NCBI RefSeq assembly: GCF_009914755.1
Contig: NC_060928.1
Reading direction: 5' to 3' (one strand)
Length of the DNA stretch: 64,000 bases
Origin: the human T2T-CHM13v2.0 reference genome, Homo sapiens
Below the pieces are notes generated by a model, which saw only the letters and a list, made by a program, of their open reading frames with translations, was not told where the DNA came from and did not search any database. Both the position numbers and the translations under genes were made by a program. Of the stretch, positions 41,050-56,759 are shown piece by piece (within the stretch, counting starts at the first letter, position 1; every line of letters starts with the position of its first letter).

Positions 41050-42430
41050 TTCTTTTTGCTTTCCTGTATGGAGACTACCAGTTTTAATTCATAGTATTTG
41101 AATTATCTTTCAATGTTTCATACATTTTAATTCTCATTTTGATTTATTCTTTGATCCATAAATTAAGCAGAATTGTTCTGACATTTACAATCATATGAAA
41201 TGTTTTCCTTATCTTTTATGACAATTTCAAATTTAACTGCAATCACATAATGTAGTCTCTGTGTTACGCATTTTTTGAAATGTATTGAAGTTTACTTTGT
41301 GATTTAATTAATGGTCGCATTTTGTTAATGTACACCTGAAATAACACATATTTTCTAGTAGTCAGTTTCAGGGTATGATACATTTCTGTTCAACCAAATT
41401 TTGGAATTGTGTGATTCAAATCTGCTATGTGTTTACTAATATTTTTCTGTTATCTATGGCTAAGAGAGGTATGTCAGAGTTTCCCAGCAAGATGACAAAT
41501 GTGTCCATTTCTCTTTGTCCATCTTCCAATATCTGCTGCATATCTGCAGAGCTTGTTTTCTTAGGGGTCTTTGAGTGGAAAATTCCTCCTGGTCATTTAA
41601 ATTCTTCATATTCCTACATGTAATAATGCTTTTCACCTTCAAGATTATGATATTTTACTTATTATTAATAATAATATTGCTGCTCAGCTTTGTTTTGTCT
41701 ATTATGGAAGCATCTGTTTGTGTCCATTCTCTTCAGCTGTTTAGCCATGTCTTGACAATAGTGTATAGTGGTTCTTATTTAATCCTATCTAAAAAACCTC
41801 AGATTGTTCAATTTGCTTAGTCCACTCTCAATTTGTGTGATCATCGCTATATCTGAATTTGTTTAATACAAGCTTTCTTTTTATCTTCCACTTGTTTCAC
41901 GTTTTCTGTGCTTCTTTTTTTCTCTTTTGTAACCTATTTAGAAGAAGGAGGTAGATTCTCAAATTACTCATTTGTTTTTAGGGTTTTTTTTCTACCTTTT
42001 TATTTCCTTTTGTCTACTGGTTTGGAAATAATACTCATCTTTATTTCTGTGGTTTTACCTGAAAATTTTCCTACATACTTAACTAAATAAATCAAAGTTG
42101 GTATCTTAACCCCTCCCAAACAGTGCTAAGAACTTAGAGCAATTAACACTGATCAGCCTCCTCTCAATTAATGTTCCATTGTTGTGCACAGTTTTAGTTC
42201 TGTTTTTGTTCCCCATCACAAATTAAACCTTTTTGTAACTATTTCATATGAACGTTTTGGGAGTTTTTGTGGTGCAAGTTTACCAGTGTCTTTGTTCACC
42301 ATTTCTTCTTTTTGGTCCTTCTTTTCTTTAGACCTTCCTTCTGGGACCACAGTCCACCTTCTAGATATACAATCTTTAGGGTTTCTAAAGGTATGTTGGT
42401 TGTAAACCCTCTCACATTATTTTTTCACTC
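41050..42430 (-). mobile_element. Highly decayed antisense L1M/L1ME fragment
   Basis: T-rich antisense L1-like text; no clean motifs. Confidence 0.4.
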
Positions 42431-42599
42431 CTGTATTCTGCATGCCTATAGCCCTCAATAAATAAGAGAGAGTCGGTGCTCAAGTCACTGGAATAATGAG
42501 AATCTCTCCACATCCCCACATCCCACAACACACTGGAATTTCCCTCAGTCTTGGTGATACCACCCATAGTAAAAGGCAATCTTTTTACCAGCATTAGGC

Positions 42600-44500
42600 C
42601 TAAGGAACCCATATGGCCAGATTAGCTATTGGCTTCCTCCCTAGGGCTGGGCATCTGACCTATAAATTAAACACACCATGTACTATAGTAGCAAGAGGCT
42701 GCCATGCTAATATGCCCACTTTAAAGTCATAAAGGCTAATCTCAAGCAGGTTAATGATGCTCAGAAATCATATCACATTTTCCTGATACATTCCTTTTCA
42801 TACTCACGAGATGGCTGTTTCATGCCCTCCATTTGCTCATCAAATCTTCTGTACCCTTCCCCATCCTACATCCATCTGATGACCTATGCCACTGATAAAA
42901 CAGAAGCCATCAGGAGAAGCCTTCCACAAGCTCCCTCCACCACATACTTGCATCCCCAGCACCTGCTTTCCAATACTATGCTTGTCCCCTATTTCTGAAC
43001 TACTCATGCTGCCGTTTACAGCCACCCGCTACGCAGGAACACCAAAATATGGCAAAAGCACTGCTCCCTGCAGCCCTTCCCACCCTTCCCATCGCCTTTC
43101 CCAGCTCTGGCCCAGGTCATTCCCCTCAGCGTGCAAATGTGTTGTCATTTCTCCCATGTGGAAACAAACCCGCTATGGACCCCACTTTCTTCTCTTGGTT
43201 CCAATTATCTGCCCCTCTGCTCAGCAAAATCCTTGAAAGCTGTCCGTCCACTTTCCACTTCCTTGACTTCCTTTTCTCTTTAACCCAGTCCAATCAGGCT
43301 TATACCCCCACTACACCACAAAAACTGTGAAGCTCACAAATGGCCGCGCCATTGCTGACTCCTGTGGTTATTCTGCAGTCTGCATGTCATCTATGTCGTT
43401 TGCAGTCTCCATGACATAGGTGGGCAGGTCTTCCCTTCCTCACTCAGTGTCTATGGTCCCAACCTCCTCTAGCTTTCTTCCTGCCTCACTGGCCACTCTT
43501 TCTGTCTCCTTTGCTGGTTCCTCTGTGTTTCTCAGACTTTATATGTTTTGAGTGTCTCTAGTCCGGTCCTTGAATTTCTTTCCTGTGTTTTCCTCTGTGA
43601 AGATCTTATTCAGCCGCATGGCTTTAAAATCATCTACATACTGATCTCTCTCAAACTGGTAACTCCAACCTTGTCCTCTCATAAGACTCCAAAGTCATTT
43701 ATTTAATTGCGTTCTTGTCCTTGCCACCAATACGTATCTCAAATTCAACAGGTCCGAAAATGAGCTCCCATGTTACCCTAATCCTCAAAAATAGGAAAAA
43801 ATAAACTGATCTCTTCGGTCTTCCCTGTCTCAGTTGATAGCAATTCCTTCCTTCTAGTTGCTTTAATCCAAAATTGTAGTCTCCTTGAGTCTTCTAATTC
43901 TCTCATATATTCAATCCGTTAGCAAACCTGCTAGCTCTGTCTTCAAAACACACCCAGCTATTTTAATATGCCCGTTTCTACCCACGCTTGCCTCTCTATG
44001 GTCTATTCCCATCACCGACAGCCAGAGTGTCCCCTGTTACACTGGCCAGGTCACATCGCTTCTCTGCCCAAAGCCCTGCAGGGGCTTCAGGTCTCCAGTG
44101 AAAGGCCACCATGGTCTGATCCCATTCTGCCTCTGTGCCCGGCCCGAGCTTCCTGCTACCCGTCCCCTCACTCCTGATCCGACCACAGCCACTGCCTTAC
44201 CACGCTGGGTACACTCCTTGGGGCCTTGGCACTGTCGTGGTGCTCTCTGCCTGTTACAGTCCTTGCCAATATATTCACATCTGCACGACTAGAGCCTTTA
44301 TAGTGGTATCAAAATCTCAACTTCTTAGTGAGGACTCCATGACCACAAAAATTAAAGTTGCCCCCCACCCCTACTTCCTTCCCCCACTGCCACAGCACGT
44401 GTTATAGATATCAACTATTTTGTTTATTGTCTGTCTGCCCTAGGACTTTATTCCAGAGTCAGTGCTTGACCACGGTTTGGTGCATAATAAATATTGAATG
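42600..44500 (+). mobile_element. L2 LINE, 3' portion
   Basis: ttcctgcctcactggccactcttttctgtctcctttgctggttcctc; catggctttaaaatcatctac; 3' end aataaatattgaatg. Confidence 0.8.
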
Positions 44501-46946
44501 TGGTATTATCATTTTTCTGAAGTATCATCACACACAATTTACCAGTATTATCATCATGGAAGCTTAATAGAAATACAAATACAAAACAAAAATAATTTTC
44601 GGGAAATAAGAACAATAATGTATTTCTAAATTTCTACCTCTGATTCTGTAAAGCTGATGAACAAAACCATCATCTATCTATTCACCCATCCATCCATGCC
44701 TCCATCCGTATATTTGCATGTAAGTAGTTTCAAATACAATTATTTTAGTTTACATACAGACATTTCCTACTTAGGTAGTGAAATTAATTCTTGCTTAGGT
44801 GTTTATAATACTCCTATGAGAAAATTCTGTTTCATTAGTTTACATTTAAAATTCTCATCTTTATAAGCATTTTAAAAAATGTTATCATCTGCCTGGGATA
44901 GAGATAGGCAGTTGATTCTTATATTCAACTTAATTGCATTTTGTTGTCTTATTGTGATGTAAATTACATGATATTATAATGCATCTAAATATCTGGGAAT
45001 TAAATATTCATTAGTGTCTGTAAATCAGTATAAACCTGTATCTGAGTATTTTGTATCTTGAAAATACACCTCAAAGTAATACCAAATATGGCACTGAATC
45101 TAATGGAACAATAGAAAAAAATAGGAGATAAATATAATGTAAAGTATGTATCGTATTTGTATAATTGAGTATTCAAAGTGTTTTATTATGAACATTTCCA
45201 GAGTCAAGTTCTAAAATGTTCATTATCACTGAATATGTTGATTGCAGAATTGAATTACATAATTAATAAAAGATGATAAATTTCACAAAATCATATAAAA
45301 GTTTTCTTAGTCTTTTCTAGGAACTAAATGTGTTAATGGTTTCATGTATCCAATGAGATTTTTTTTAATAAATTGAAGAAAATTTTTGTGTTACTGATCA
45401 ATTTTTTCATACCTTTTACTTTTTCAGTCATTAATTTTTATTTAATTATCACTGAGTCATAGAAACAATTCACAACTATTAAAATAAGTACGTTTTTCAT
45501 GATGCCTCTTTATTCTCACTCTTGATTACTTCACAAGAGTCTCAGGAGAGCAGCAGGGAAAGTGAGAGGTAAATGAAGCCAGAATCGCACCACATCTTCC
45601 CTCCTGTTGAGCACTGGACAACAGTACTTGTGTGCCTTGTTATGGTAGTCGGTTACAATTTAGTACTGAAATTAATGACTAATTGTGCCTAATATATTTT
45701 CCTGGAGATTTTAGTTGAAGAAAATTGCTTTGAGTTCCAAAATATTTTCAGGGATCACTTAACATTAGGTAACTGGGAAAAGATCCTGAAATTGTCCCTG
45801 TGGTTAAAAAACAAAACAAAACAAAACCCACCTTTATTTTCCCTAATCTATTTTTAACTTTATATAGCCTAAAACACTAATGGGTAAATATACCTTTCTG
45901 AACATAAATAATAATATAGAATATTCACTAAAAATGTAACCATGTGAGGTATAAATTAAAAGACATTTTGATTAAAATATGAATCTTGTAGGAGCACTGA
46001 GATATTTTGGTTTTGGATCACTTGTTTTTTAAAAATCTAATTCGATTTGATATACATTTATGGAACAATGTGTTCATCCATGGCATTACGTTAAGTGCTG
46101 ACAAGATAAAGACGACGTAGTCTCTCCCCTCAATAAGAACTTAAAGATACTTCTCTCAAGTTATGAAATTAACCTCACTGAAAAAAAAATGTGATGAAAA
46201 GTTTACTTCAGACAAGGGATTTTGAGGGTTTGCACTACTTCTCCTTGAGCATAAACTAATGGGTTTTCCTTGAGTGATCCATATTCTTTGGCCAGAAATT
46301 TACATTTGACCTGTGAGACATATTTAGCCTAAGTTATAAGAAATAGCTTAATCTTTCTGACAAATCAAGAGCAAATATTTGAGTAATTTTTTTGCCTGAA
46401 ATATGATAGGTGAAAAAGACACTCATCTATGAGTTTTCAATCATTAGATAAATTTAGCTGAAATGGGCTTCCAAAATTTTCTCTGTTAGAGATAGAGGAA
46501 ATGGAGCAGCCACAAGGAAGCAACTTCAAGTATGATAAAATCACTTATATTTTGAAAACCATTTTTCAAATTCTTACTATGGATCAGTGATAATATGGTA
46601 AACTTGTTTATTAGTAAGCTCCCTCTACACTGCAAAATCATAAAATGTAAAATTATAAATAAAACAATACAGAATGTGATCTTGCTATGTTTATAGTAGG
46701 AAGTTCAAAATTAATAAAACAAAGTAGCTGTATTAAGGACATAACAGTAATGAAATATGTATAAACTACACTAAAAAGATAACCAGATAGGAATGGCTCC
46801 TTCAAATGTGAGAAAGTTTGGACATCCAAGTATAAGAGCTGTGGGTTTCAGTCTGTAACTGGATTTTCATTCAAGCAATGATAACCCTTCCCTGGCATCC
46901 ATTTCATGACTGAATGCTAATTAGATACCCCAAGTTTAAAATGTTT

Positions 46947-47191
46947 CTTTTTTTTTTTTTAAGAGATGGAGTCTTGCTCTGTCACCCCAGGCTGATTCTC
47001 CCTCCTCAGCCTCTTAAGTAGCTAAGAACAGGCACGCACCACCACAACTGGCTAAATTGTATAAAAATTTTTGCAGAGATATGGTCTTGCTGTTTTGTCC
47101 AGGCTGTTCTTGAAATCCTGCCCTAAATCAATCCTTCCACCTCGGCCTCCCAAAGTGCTGGGATTATAGGCATGAGCCATTACACCTGGCC
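46947..47191 (-). mobile_element. AluJ with ~60-bp internal deletion in the right arm
   Basis: gtcaccccaggctg joined directly to attctccctcctcagcctc. Confidence 0.9.
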
Positions 47192-47559
47192 TTCTTTTGT
47201 TCTTTAGTCTTTAATGATTTCTGAATAGCCTGCTTAGATCCTCTCTAGCCAACACATGCGCACAGACCCCAAATTTATGTACCGTAAAAAATGCCAACCC
47301 CTAAATCAATGACCTAAATTAAAATCCTTGCTATGCCCTTAGCCAGCTATATGAAGATGAATAAATAGAATCAGCCTCTCTTGGCATTCCCTATCTGTAA
47401 TACAAGTTTGCTGAAAAAGTTCATCTAAAACGGTAGTCTTAGCCCCGGGCTGGTGTGCATATGGCTCTGTGTATTTCCTCATCTGCAGTGGGGCCAAAGG
47501 TGTTCATACAGCTATTCTCGTGATGCTGATGGGAAAATTTACAACAAAAGACTTTTGAA

Positions 47560-48221
<662 letters not shown>

Positions 48222-48789
48222 CTTCAACAACTTTGGAGAAATAAATTATTTTTTGAAATTCTGCTTCCAGAAAATCTCTTATTTGCTTTACACTAGCTTA
48301 ATTTTTTGTTTCTGAACAAGAATTTTACCATGTGGGTGCTGCCTGTTTCCAGCAGTGATTCTCTACGAGTGGATTAAAATAGCCAACCCTTTGGATACAG
48401 AATTATACTCCATGGTTTTTCATGTGCTAATGTGCTTAGTAACAATGTAATGAGGATCAACTACAAGCCACATACTGTGTAATGTCAATGACACGAGGCT
48501 AAATAAGACAACATTCCTACACTTGAGCCACTCATCACCTGGCCCTACTGACCATGCCATCTTGGAATAAAATCTCCAGTTCTTACAAATTTGAAATCCA
48601 TACTTGTTTATTATAAATGGATTATAATTCAAATTAAAACAAAATATGAAATTCCACCATTATTTTTATAGTTAACTTTGTTTCATTTAAACTCAAATAA
48701 TTTTCAGTTAACAGAAATCACATTAATTACTCAAGCAATTCCTCTGAACACTTAGGGACCCTGCTAGACTGTGGGGATAAAACCAGCTA

Positions 48790-48978
48790 TGCTCATAAGC
48801 CACCTCTTTGAAGAAAAAAAATGTTCTTATATGTGGTGTCTGCAAATTTTGTGGTATAAATACTCCTACTGCAGTTGATTTCAAATAACCACAATGTAAC
48901 CACCAGCTCACAAAATCCTCAAATATTTAATGATCATCTCTCACAAGCTTGTATTAGCCAGCTTTAGCAGACCACTAG
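48790..48978. mobile_element. MER63-like hAT non-autonomous DNA element
   Basis: aattttgtggtataaatactcctactgcagttgatttcaa...gccagctttagcagaccact. Confidence 0.55.
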
Positions 48979-48989
48979 ATAAATCATAA

Positions 48990-49600
48990 ATATGTTCTAT
49001 GGTAGTCTTCATATCTTAGTAGGGAGAAACAGGAAGACATCTAACAGGATCATTATTTTAGTAAAAGTTCTATGGGAACCCAAGAGGAAGGAATGCTAGA
49101 GGCCAGGGAAGGCTTTAGAGAGATGGGGATATTTGAATTGTGTCTTGAGGGATGAGTAGGACTTCCCCAGGGTGACAATGGTTCTCCAGGTCGAGATGGT
49201 GTAGAAACACGAGGATGGGATGTCTTGACAGAAGGGGCAATGTAGTAGAGGAAAGTGTGTAGAGCATAGTATGTTTACATTTTGCAATAATATGAGATGA
49301 CCAGAGAGATGGGAGGGGCCAGGAAAGAAGAGGTACATACAGTAAGAATTGGGGATGTGAGGCAGAGCGGCTAAGAAGGCACTTGTGTGTCATATTAATG
49401 AGTTAAAGGGGCTTTGGTAACTTCCCCAATTGAGTAGGGCAGTGCCATGCTGGGCTTTTCATTTTAGGAAGAACACTCTAGAAGCAGTATAGAGGATACT
49501 TTGGAGGTGAGAAGAGGGGTGGCAGGATGACTTAGGAGGCAGCTGCAGTGCACTATGAAAAAATAAATGAAAGCTTGACCTGAAATGTTAAGTTTGAGGT
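48990..49600 (-). mobile_element. L2 fragment
   Basis: ggccagggaaggcttt...ttgaattgtgtcttgagggatgagtagga; ttttaggaagaacactct. Confidence 0.65.
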
Positions 49601-50895
49601 GCTTGTGAAGATCCTTTATTATTTAAAACAAATCTGCCCACCCTAAAGAACAACCAAGGGGGAAATATGGTTTTAATGATAACAATAATGATGTTTAAGT
49701 ACATAAGCATATTCTCCTCAATCTGTTTTCCCTTTTCATTATGGGACTTTGTTGTCAGCAGACAAATCTTATTGCCTTCCCTTTCTTGGTGTAATTAAGA
49801 TAGTAAATTGAGTGGAATATTCCTTTTTTGTCATATCTCTATATTATGTTGCTTCAATCAACTGAAAATGTATTTGACTCTAGATGTAGTAACAAATCAG
49901 ATGAGAAGATAAGAACAAAAGGGCATATTTGATTCACATGCACATTCTGACCAGTCCAGCATTCATCAAATTACATATTTTATGGAAATTCAATGATCTT
50001 GCCAAATGTGTAAAGAAAGTGTTAATCTTACCTTAAGGGGCAGGCCATGTTTTGTACAAAAAACAAAAACTGCTCTTTCAAAGCTAATTCAGTGCACAAA
50101 AAATCTGTGTACTGTTCTTATCATACATTTATCTCCCCATCCAAATCTTTTTCCCCAGTTTTGAACTAACACTTGCATATTTCCAATGTAGTGAAAATTA
50201 TTTATGCTCTGTTTGAAATCTACAGTGTCCCAGCCCAGTGGTGATGTCAGCACACATAGGTTTCAAACTGATGGGTCTTAGCTGGCTTCTAGTTCTTCAT
50301 GGCGGTTGTAGTAAAGGTTCCATGCAGAAGTTTTAAACTTCAGGCACTTGGAATCTTACTTCCTTGTGGCATCCTGCCAAACCCCAACAGATCTACTGTT
50401 TCTTTAGGACATATTAGCAAAAATATTAGTGGGGGCAGAATCTGAACACCACTCATGTATATGCCTGCTTGTAAAGCTTCTTTTCTACTAAGGATAAAAG
50501 CATTCATTTTTTATTATCAGAGGAGATAAAGACAAACTTTTATTTGAAGGACAAATTTTAAACCCATGTGAAAATTATTTTAAGAGCATGTTTATATTAG
50601 AGCAATTAAACTAACGAAGTAGTATATCATGATGCAGTTACAAGCTGGTGATTTTCAGGAAAAATTGGTTCCCTACTGCCCTTTTTGGGTAAACTTAATA
50701 TTAAAAAAAATTTTTTTGGTACTACTGTTAGATAGGTAAAGCCCTGTGAAAGCCCCCTTCCTGCCAACTGGAGGGTCCACCTCAGAAATTCCCTTCACAT
50801 GTGCTCCCTGGGCCGCCAGGTCTTTGAGTTAGCGACGCTCAGGAACAGAGAAGTGCAGAGACGTATGCGTCGCACAATGCTGGACTGTATTCAGC

Positions 50896-51198
50896 TTTTC
50901 TTTTTTCTTTTTTGAAACTGATGATTTCTCTGTCACCCAGGCTTGAGTGCAGTACAGTGGTGCAATCTCTACTCACTTCAACCTCCACCTTCCGGGTTCA
51001 AGCGATTCTCCTGCCTCAGGCTCCTGAGTAGCTGGGACTACAGGCACCCACCATCACCTGGCTAATGTTTGTACTTTTAATAGAGATGAGGTTTTGCCAT
51101 CTTGGTCAGGCTGGTCTCAAACTCCTGACCTCAGGTGATCCACCCGCCTCGGCCTCCCAAAGTACTGGGATTACACGCATGAGGCACTGTGCCCAGCC
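50896..51198 (-). mobile_element. AluS (Sx-like)
   Basis: Full dimer; ctcctgacctcaggtgatccacccgcctcggcc. Confidence 0.95.
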
Positions 51199-52559
51199 TG
51201 GATTCAAATCTTAACTCTTCTAATTATTAGTTCTGTAACCTCTCAGAGATTCATGTCTTCATTAATCACATGAGAATAATATTGTTCAGTTTATATAGAT
51301 TTTGAGAAAACTTCCTAATCACCAGTGACAAATGTTTGTCATTTAGTGAATACTCAAAATGTTACTTTACTTAGCAAGTATAATTGCTAATAAACTCCAG
51401 ATTGAACGGAAATAATTGAGTTAAACTTTCTTGATATTTTCAAGTAGCTCACTTCTTATTTTGTCTTCGCAACCACAACTTCCTTGCCCTTTCTCTTTTT
51501 GTGTCCCTTATTCTATTCTTTTACAAAGTTACAGCAGTTAAAGCATGGAGATTCATTCTGGAGAAGAATCAGTTTTGTGCATTCTCCTATGTTCTCTGCT
51601 CGTAATGGAACCGTCTCCAAACTGCATGCAACATTGCAAACGCACAGTGATGCTACATATGTGATTTCATGGGATAATATGATAGTCAAATTTTTCAAAG
51701 CACCAGGAGGAAGAGAAAACAGTTAACCTATGGTAAACCGTGTCAAGATAAACTGATCTTCAAATGACAAAATTAATATATAAGCAAATGTTAGAAAGAA
51801 GCAATTCAAGGACTGATTGAGAAGCTGATGGTCATTTTCTATGTATCTTGAAAAGCATTACAAACTAGTATGATATTCTTTCTTCTTGCTCATAAGTGGA
51901 AACTTCTCCTACTGTTCCTAGGCTGCCAATTTTTTTCTTTTTTCCTTCGCAAACTAGAGCCCATTCTGCACTCTCTCTCCCTGAGGTACATGTGCCTTTC
52001 CAAACTAATATCTCTCACTTTTTCCCTTCGGTTATATTCTTGTCCTGTCTTATTTGTCCTGGTGCCTTAGGGGAACCTTTCAACACACCTCATAAGGGCC
52101 AGGGAGTCCAAGAACAATACTCACTTTTATTTCCATACACTCCATCCTTCATCCAAACAGTCAGTTCTAAAATATGTTGAACTTCAGGTTTACCAGTGCT
52201 GCTGGCAGGGACAGGGGAGAAGGAAGATTTGCCAGGGAGATTTCAGAAGCACACAGAGCAAGAGGGCAGGGAGTGAGGGAGCACCATGTCTTGGCTTCTC
52301 ACCTCCCTGTGTACGTTAAACATCATGATGCCAGTTTCTTCAGCTCTGGCTGGTGACAGTACTGGTTCAACCATCCCATGCTTTCCCCATTCTTTCCCTT
52401 GTTTGTCATCATTGTTAACCTTGACTTTGGGCAGAGACTTCACTATACAAAAGCTCTTTACAAAGGAAATGGATACAATGAAAGAAGAGTTTTATTTTTT
52501 TAAGCGACGTTGTAGAAGCAAAGAAGGTCTAGTTTTATCTCCCTTCCACCTTTTCCGTT

Positions 52560-52890
52560 CTCATTCTTATTCTCATCTCTCTCAGGCACCATAGACCCAT
52601 CAGACTCCTTCCTTGCTGCCTCCCTCACAGGGTCATGAAGTTTTCCTTGTGCCTGGCCCCACAGCACTTCATGTTTCTCTACTGAGAAACATATCTAGGA
52701 CAAGATACAGTGCTTGCCTTACACATATCGTATCCTCAAGATTGGTCAAATCTAATCGTGCTTTTCCCACATACTAGACATAAATTATTTGAGGGTAGGG
52801 ATTGAATCTTCTCATCTGTCCATAACTTTCAGCACTGAGCACACTGCCCTGAGCAAGGAAAATGCCCTATACATTTTAGTTGAGTTAAAT
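52560..52890 (+). mobile_element. L2 3' fragment
   Basis: ttgagggtaggga...cagcactgagcacactgcc...ttgagtt. Confidence 0.5.
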
Positions 52891-54200
52891 TGACAAAGAC
52901 TGTCGTTTTTTGCTTTGCCAGATAAGGATAACGAAAAGTCCAAATCCATCATGTCAATCTCTTCATTAAAGTTCCCATTTCCTTAACTAATTCTAATTAA
53001 GGCATTAAGGCAAGTATAGTGGTAAAAATCCAGTCTTTGGAGCCAGAAGAAAAAGGTGTAAATTTCAGTATTCAGTAGAGGCTTAGGTCTCCACATCTGT
53101 GAAATGAGGTAAGGCCGTCTTCATGGAAATGCTGTGCAGAATGGAAGGGTTTCATGTACTAACGTGTATCCCAATCCCAGGAGGGTTTATGTGTAGAAGA
53201 GGAACTGGAAACAGCCTAGTACATTCACAATAGAGGAACAATTCAAAGGGTGAGGTCTCATTCCAGAAACTCAGCTGGATCCCTGTCTCCCACATTTAAA
53301 CACTTGATTTCCCTCTCATTTATTTTTTCTTATGTCACTTAAGATATTAATTACAAAAAGCATGCAGTACATAATTTGTTAGGATATTTTCTACCAAGTG
53401 GGCCTAAAACCAGACTTAATTGAAAATGATCCAAGGTTCATTTTCCATGAAATTTTTCTGAGATAAAGCAAGAGAGCAAAGAAAGAAAGATTAAATCATA
53501 GAAAATAAGGCAAATCTACATCGCTCCCTACTCTGCTTACTTTTTGCATAACTCCAAGGTTATGAGCAATACAATGCTGAGAACCTGCAAATGAACAATT
53601 TGGGGTGGGTGTTCGCTCTATGTGTAACTCCAACAGGGAACATCTAACATCTTTTTCAAATACTTAAGCGAATTTAAAGAATCATGCCCAAGGGTTGACT
53701 AAAGCTATTTTATTGTAAAGAATTATTTAAGCAGCTCTTATTCCCACTCAGTGAAGTCAAGACATTCTAAAACATAATCTTGCAAGCTAGGTTGAGTCAT
53801 TCTGCCAAGGGGGCTACTGACAGGATATATTCTTGAAAATACTCCTTTATCAACCCTATAGGAATGCTGTGCACCCTTTTTGATTATCACAAATTTGTGT
53901 TTAAAATCTTGATATTTATGTACTATGTACTTTGAATACATGAGCATGATACTTTAAATTTGCTAAAGTATTTGAAAAAGATGTTACAGGTATTCACTGT
54001 TAGAGTTAAACACAGAGTAAACACCCATTCCAAATTGTCCATTAACAGCTCTCAGTATTTTATTGTTCTTTGGTATTCTTGTATATAATATGATATATAC
54101 GAACAGGTTAAATACATTAGTTCTTTGCTTTTGTAAGTAACTCATTACAAATGATTTGAGAAAATTAAGGTAGACTTTTACATTTAAAGCATCCTTAAGA

Positions 54201-54305
54201 GATTTTTAAAGTAAATTGACCCAGAAGGTCCTTTAAATGGAAACAGTTGGGATTCTAAAGTAAATTGACCCAGAAGGTCCTTCATATGGAGACGGTGGAT
54301 TCTAA
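54201..54305. repeat. ~49-bp tandem duplication
   Basis: taaagtaaattgacccagaaggtcctt occurs at 54207 and 54256. Confidence 0.9.
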
Positions 54306-56759
54306 TGCAGACACTGGAAAGAATGTCAAGGGAGCTGTAATCAAATACTATATTTTGGCTGTTGGTAATTTACTGAACAGTTGACTTTTGGTAATTTATG
54401 CCAAAGGTGCTTTGATGTATAAGTAATCTATTTTCTTTTCACTTGCAGTTCAAGTACTTTGGGAAACACATTCACTATTTCAGACCATTCAGGCAGCTTA
54501 TTGCTGCAATACCTCAGGGAACAGTTTATTCTTTAAGAAAATTTGGTGGAGTGTTCTTGAATTTTTGTTTTCTAAGGACCTCTGTACCTATAATCTAAAA
54601 TTTTAGTATCTCTATTTTTCTAGAATAAAAGATACCATGCACTAAAGCCACCAGTTCAAATACTCTTGTCACCCTAAGAGCTCTTGAAATTGCACCTGGC
54701 GGAAAGCATTTCCCAGCTAACTGGAAATAAGGAAGAGTTCCCTTTCCCTTACCCTGTTTGTTCCTGAAATGCTCAAGAAGCTTCATTTCTACCTTCAGAA
54801 AACAATTGCAAGACTGCTTGTACTTTCCTTAGCTGTTGAAGTTCCTATGTCTAAGGATGTAAACATTTGTTTTGAGACAGTATTTCTTTTAATTATATAT
54901 CTTAGAAGAGCAAATAGCCTACCTAGCATATTTAACTCAATCCCTTCAGAGGTCCCCAGTGAGAATTTATACACCTGAGCCCTAAAAGTCTGGGGTCATT
55001 CAGTGTTTCTGAAGGGCAGGCAGGTGGATATCAAGTCCACATCTTTTTAGGCATTACTTTTAATTACTTTAAAAGTAAACACACTTCCCATTTGAGTTGT
55101 GTTTCTTCCACTAATGAGATAACAGAGCAGTGTTCCTAGGACACTGGCTGCTCCTCAGTGATAGCAAGTAAACTGCACAAGCTACATCTGTAATTGGTTT
55201 TCTGATCCAGCCTCAGCAAACACACGTGAGTGAAGTTCATGGAAGGGATAAACGGATTTAGTTACCTTCACGAGCTACCTTCAAACAGCAGTTTAATTTT
55301 GTTTCCTTATAGCAGCTTCCCTCCCCCAGCCCATTAGAGCTTCTTGATTTATGATACAGTAGTTGTAGCTTTCCCAATCAAGACAGGATTTTCTCCTGTC
55401 AGAAAATGTGGCTCCCTAGGATACCGCCCTGGGAGAGTAAATGAGATTCTAATAGTTCCAGATTATCACTAAAGGCAGGGTCAAGGAAATAACTTTTATT
55501 TTCTTTCTATTAACCGCACATAGCAATGAAAATTCTCAATTAATAGGTTAATTTATATGATTTATAGTTCAATATACAGAATATTAATCATGAGACATTA
55601 AAAGAAATGCTTCCTGTTAATATCACTTTTCTATAGTATCTAAGTCGCTTTATAAGCTACATGATTTGTTACAATTAGGCAGGCATGTTACTTATGAAGG
55701 TCAACATAATATTGGAAGGGCCCAAGGGCCATTTGTTTTTACTAATACTGTACAATTTTCACTTAATATCTAGAATTTGCTTCCTTGGTCTTACAAAGTC
55801 AAATTCGTTTACAATGGAATCTGTTGCTATTTTTTGAGTATTTTGTGTATCAGAGCCTCCTTGTAAGTGGTTTGCTATCAACAAATAATCAAACAATGAC
55901 AAGCTGGAGGTCATTACCCTTGAAAAACTTCATTGGTTTAGAAATTCAATTCAAATTTTGTACCTTATTGTTATCAATAAAATTTATGGCTAAATAGCAG
56001 TAACATTACATGTGGGATGTCTACTTGAACTAAGCACGGAATCTGTTCCCAAGATCTTAGGATCTAAAAGGGGAAACCAACAAGAAGCTAGACCATTTGC
56101 AACACAATGTGACCAGCGGTGCAAGCCATGTATGAACATGCGTCCTGATAGTGCCCCAGCTGGGAGTGTCTCTTTGAGTGACCTTTAGGCCAGCACCTCC
56201 TAGATACTTGGTCATTTTACTGGGAACTCCTTAAGTTCAGTCACTGGTTACCTGCATAATTGGAAAAGAGTTTTTATGGATGACTTTAGGAGCCATAGCA
56301 GAGAATTAGCTCCTAAAGTCATTCTTGACTCTTCTGCAATCAGAAAAGCACCATGATTAAGTAACAGTCTCTATGATGAAGCCACCTAGAACAAGCAGAT
56401 CTTGAAGAGGAGTGAGTCTAGAAAGTGAGGTTAGTTTTTGGCCTCTGTGGAGAAGGGAGGTGCTGGCGCAACCCTTCACCTGCACCCCAGTTATGTGTAT
56501 TTCCATTTCTAGGTGCAAGAATGGCCCTGCAGCATGTAAAGAAAGTCTACGTAGAAAATATTTTAATTTATAAATTTTTAATCTAAAAAATGTATGTTAT
56601 TCTCCATTACAAGTTGTAGGGTGGGATATTTAATCCCACAGATTTTACTCTATTGTGTATTAGAAAAACGGAGAAGGTTAATGCCCTAGATTAAATTCAG
56701 ATGATTTAACATTTGAAGTTCCTATCCCGTGAGTTCTGTTCTTTGCATGAGAGAGCCAG

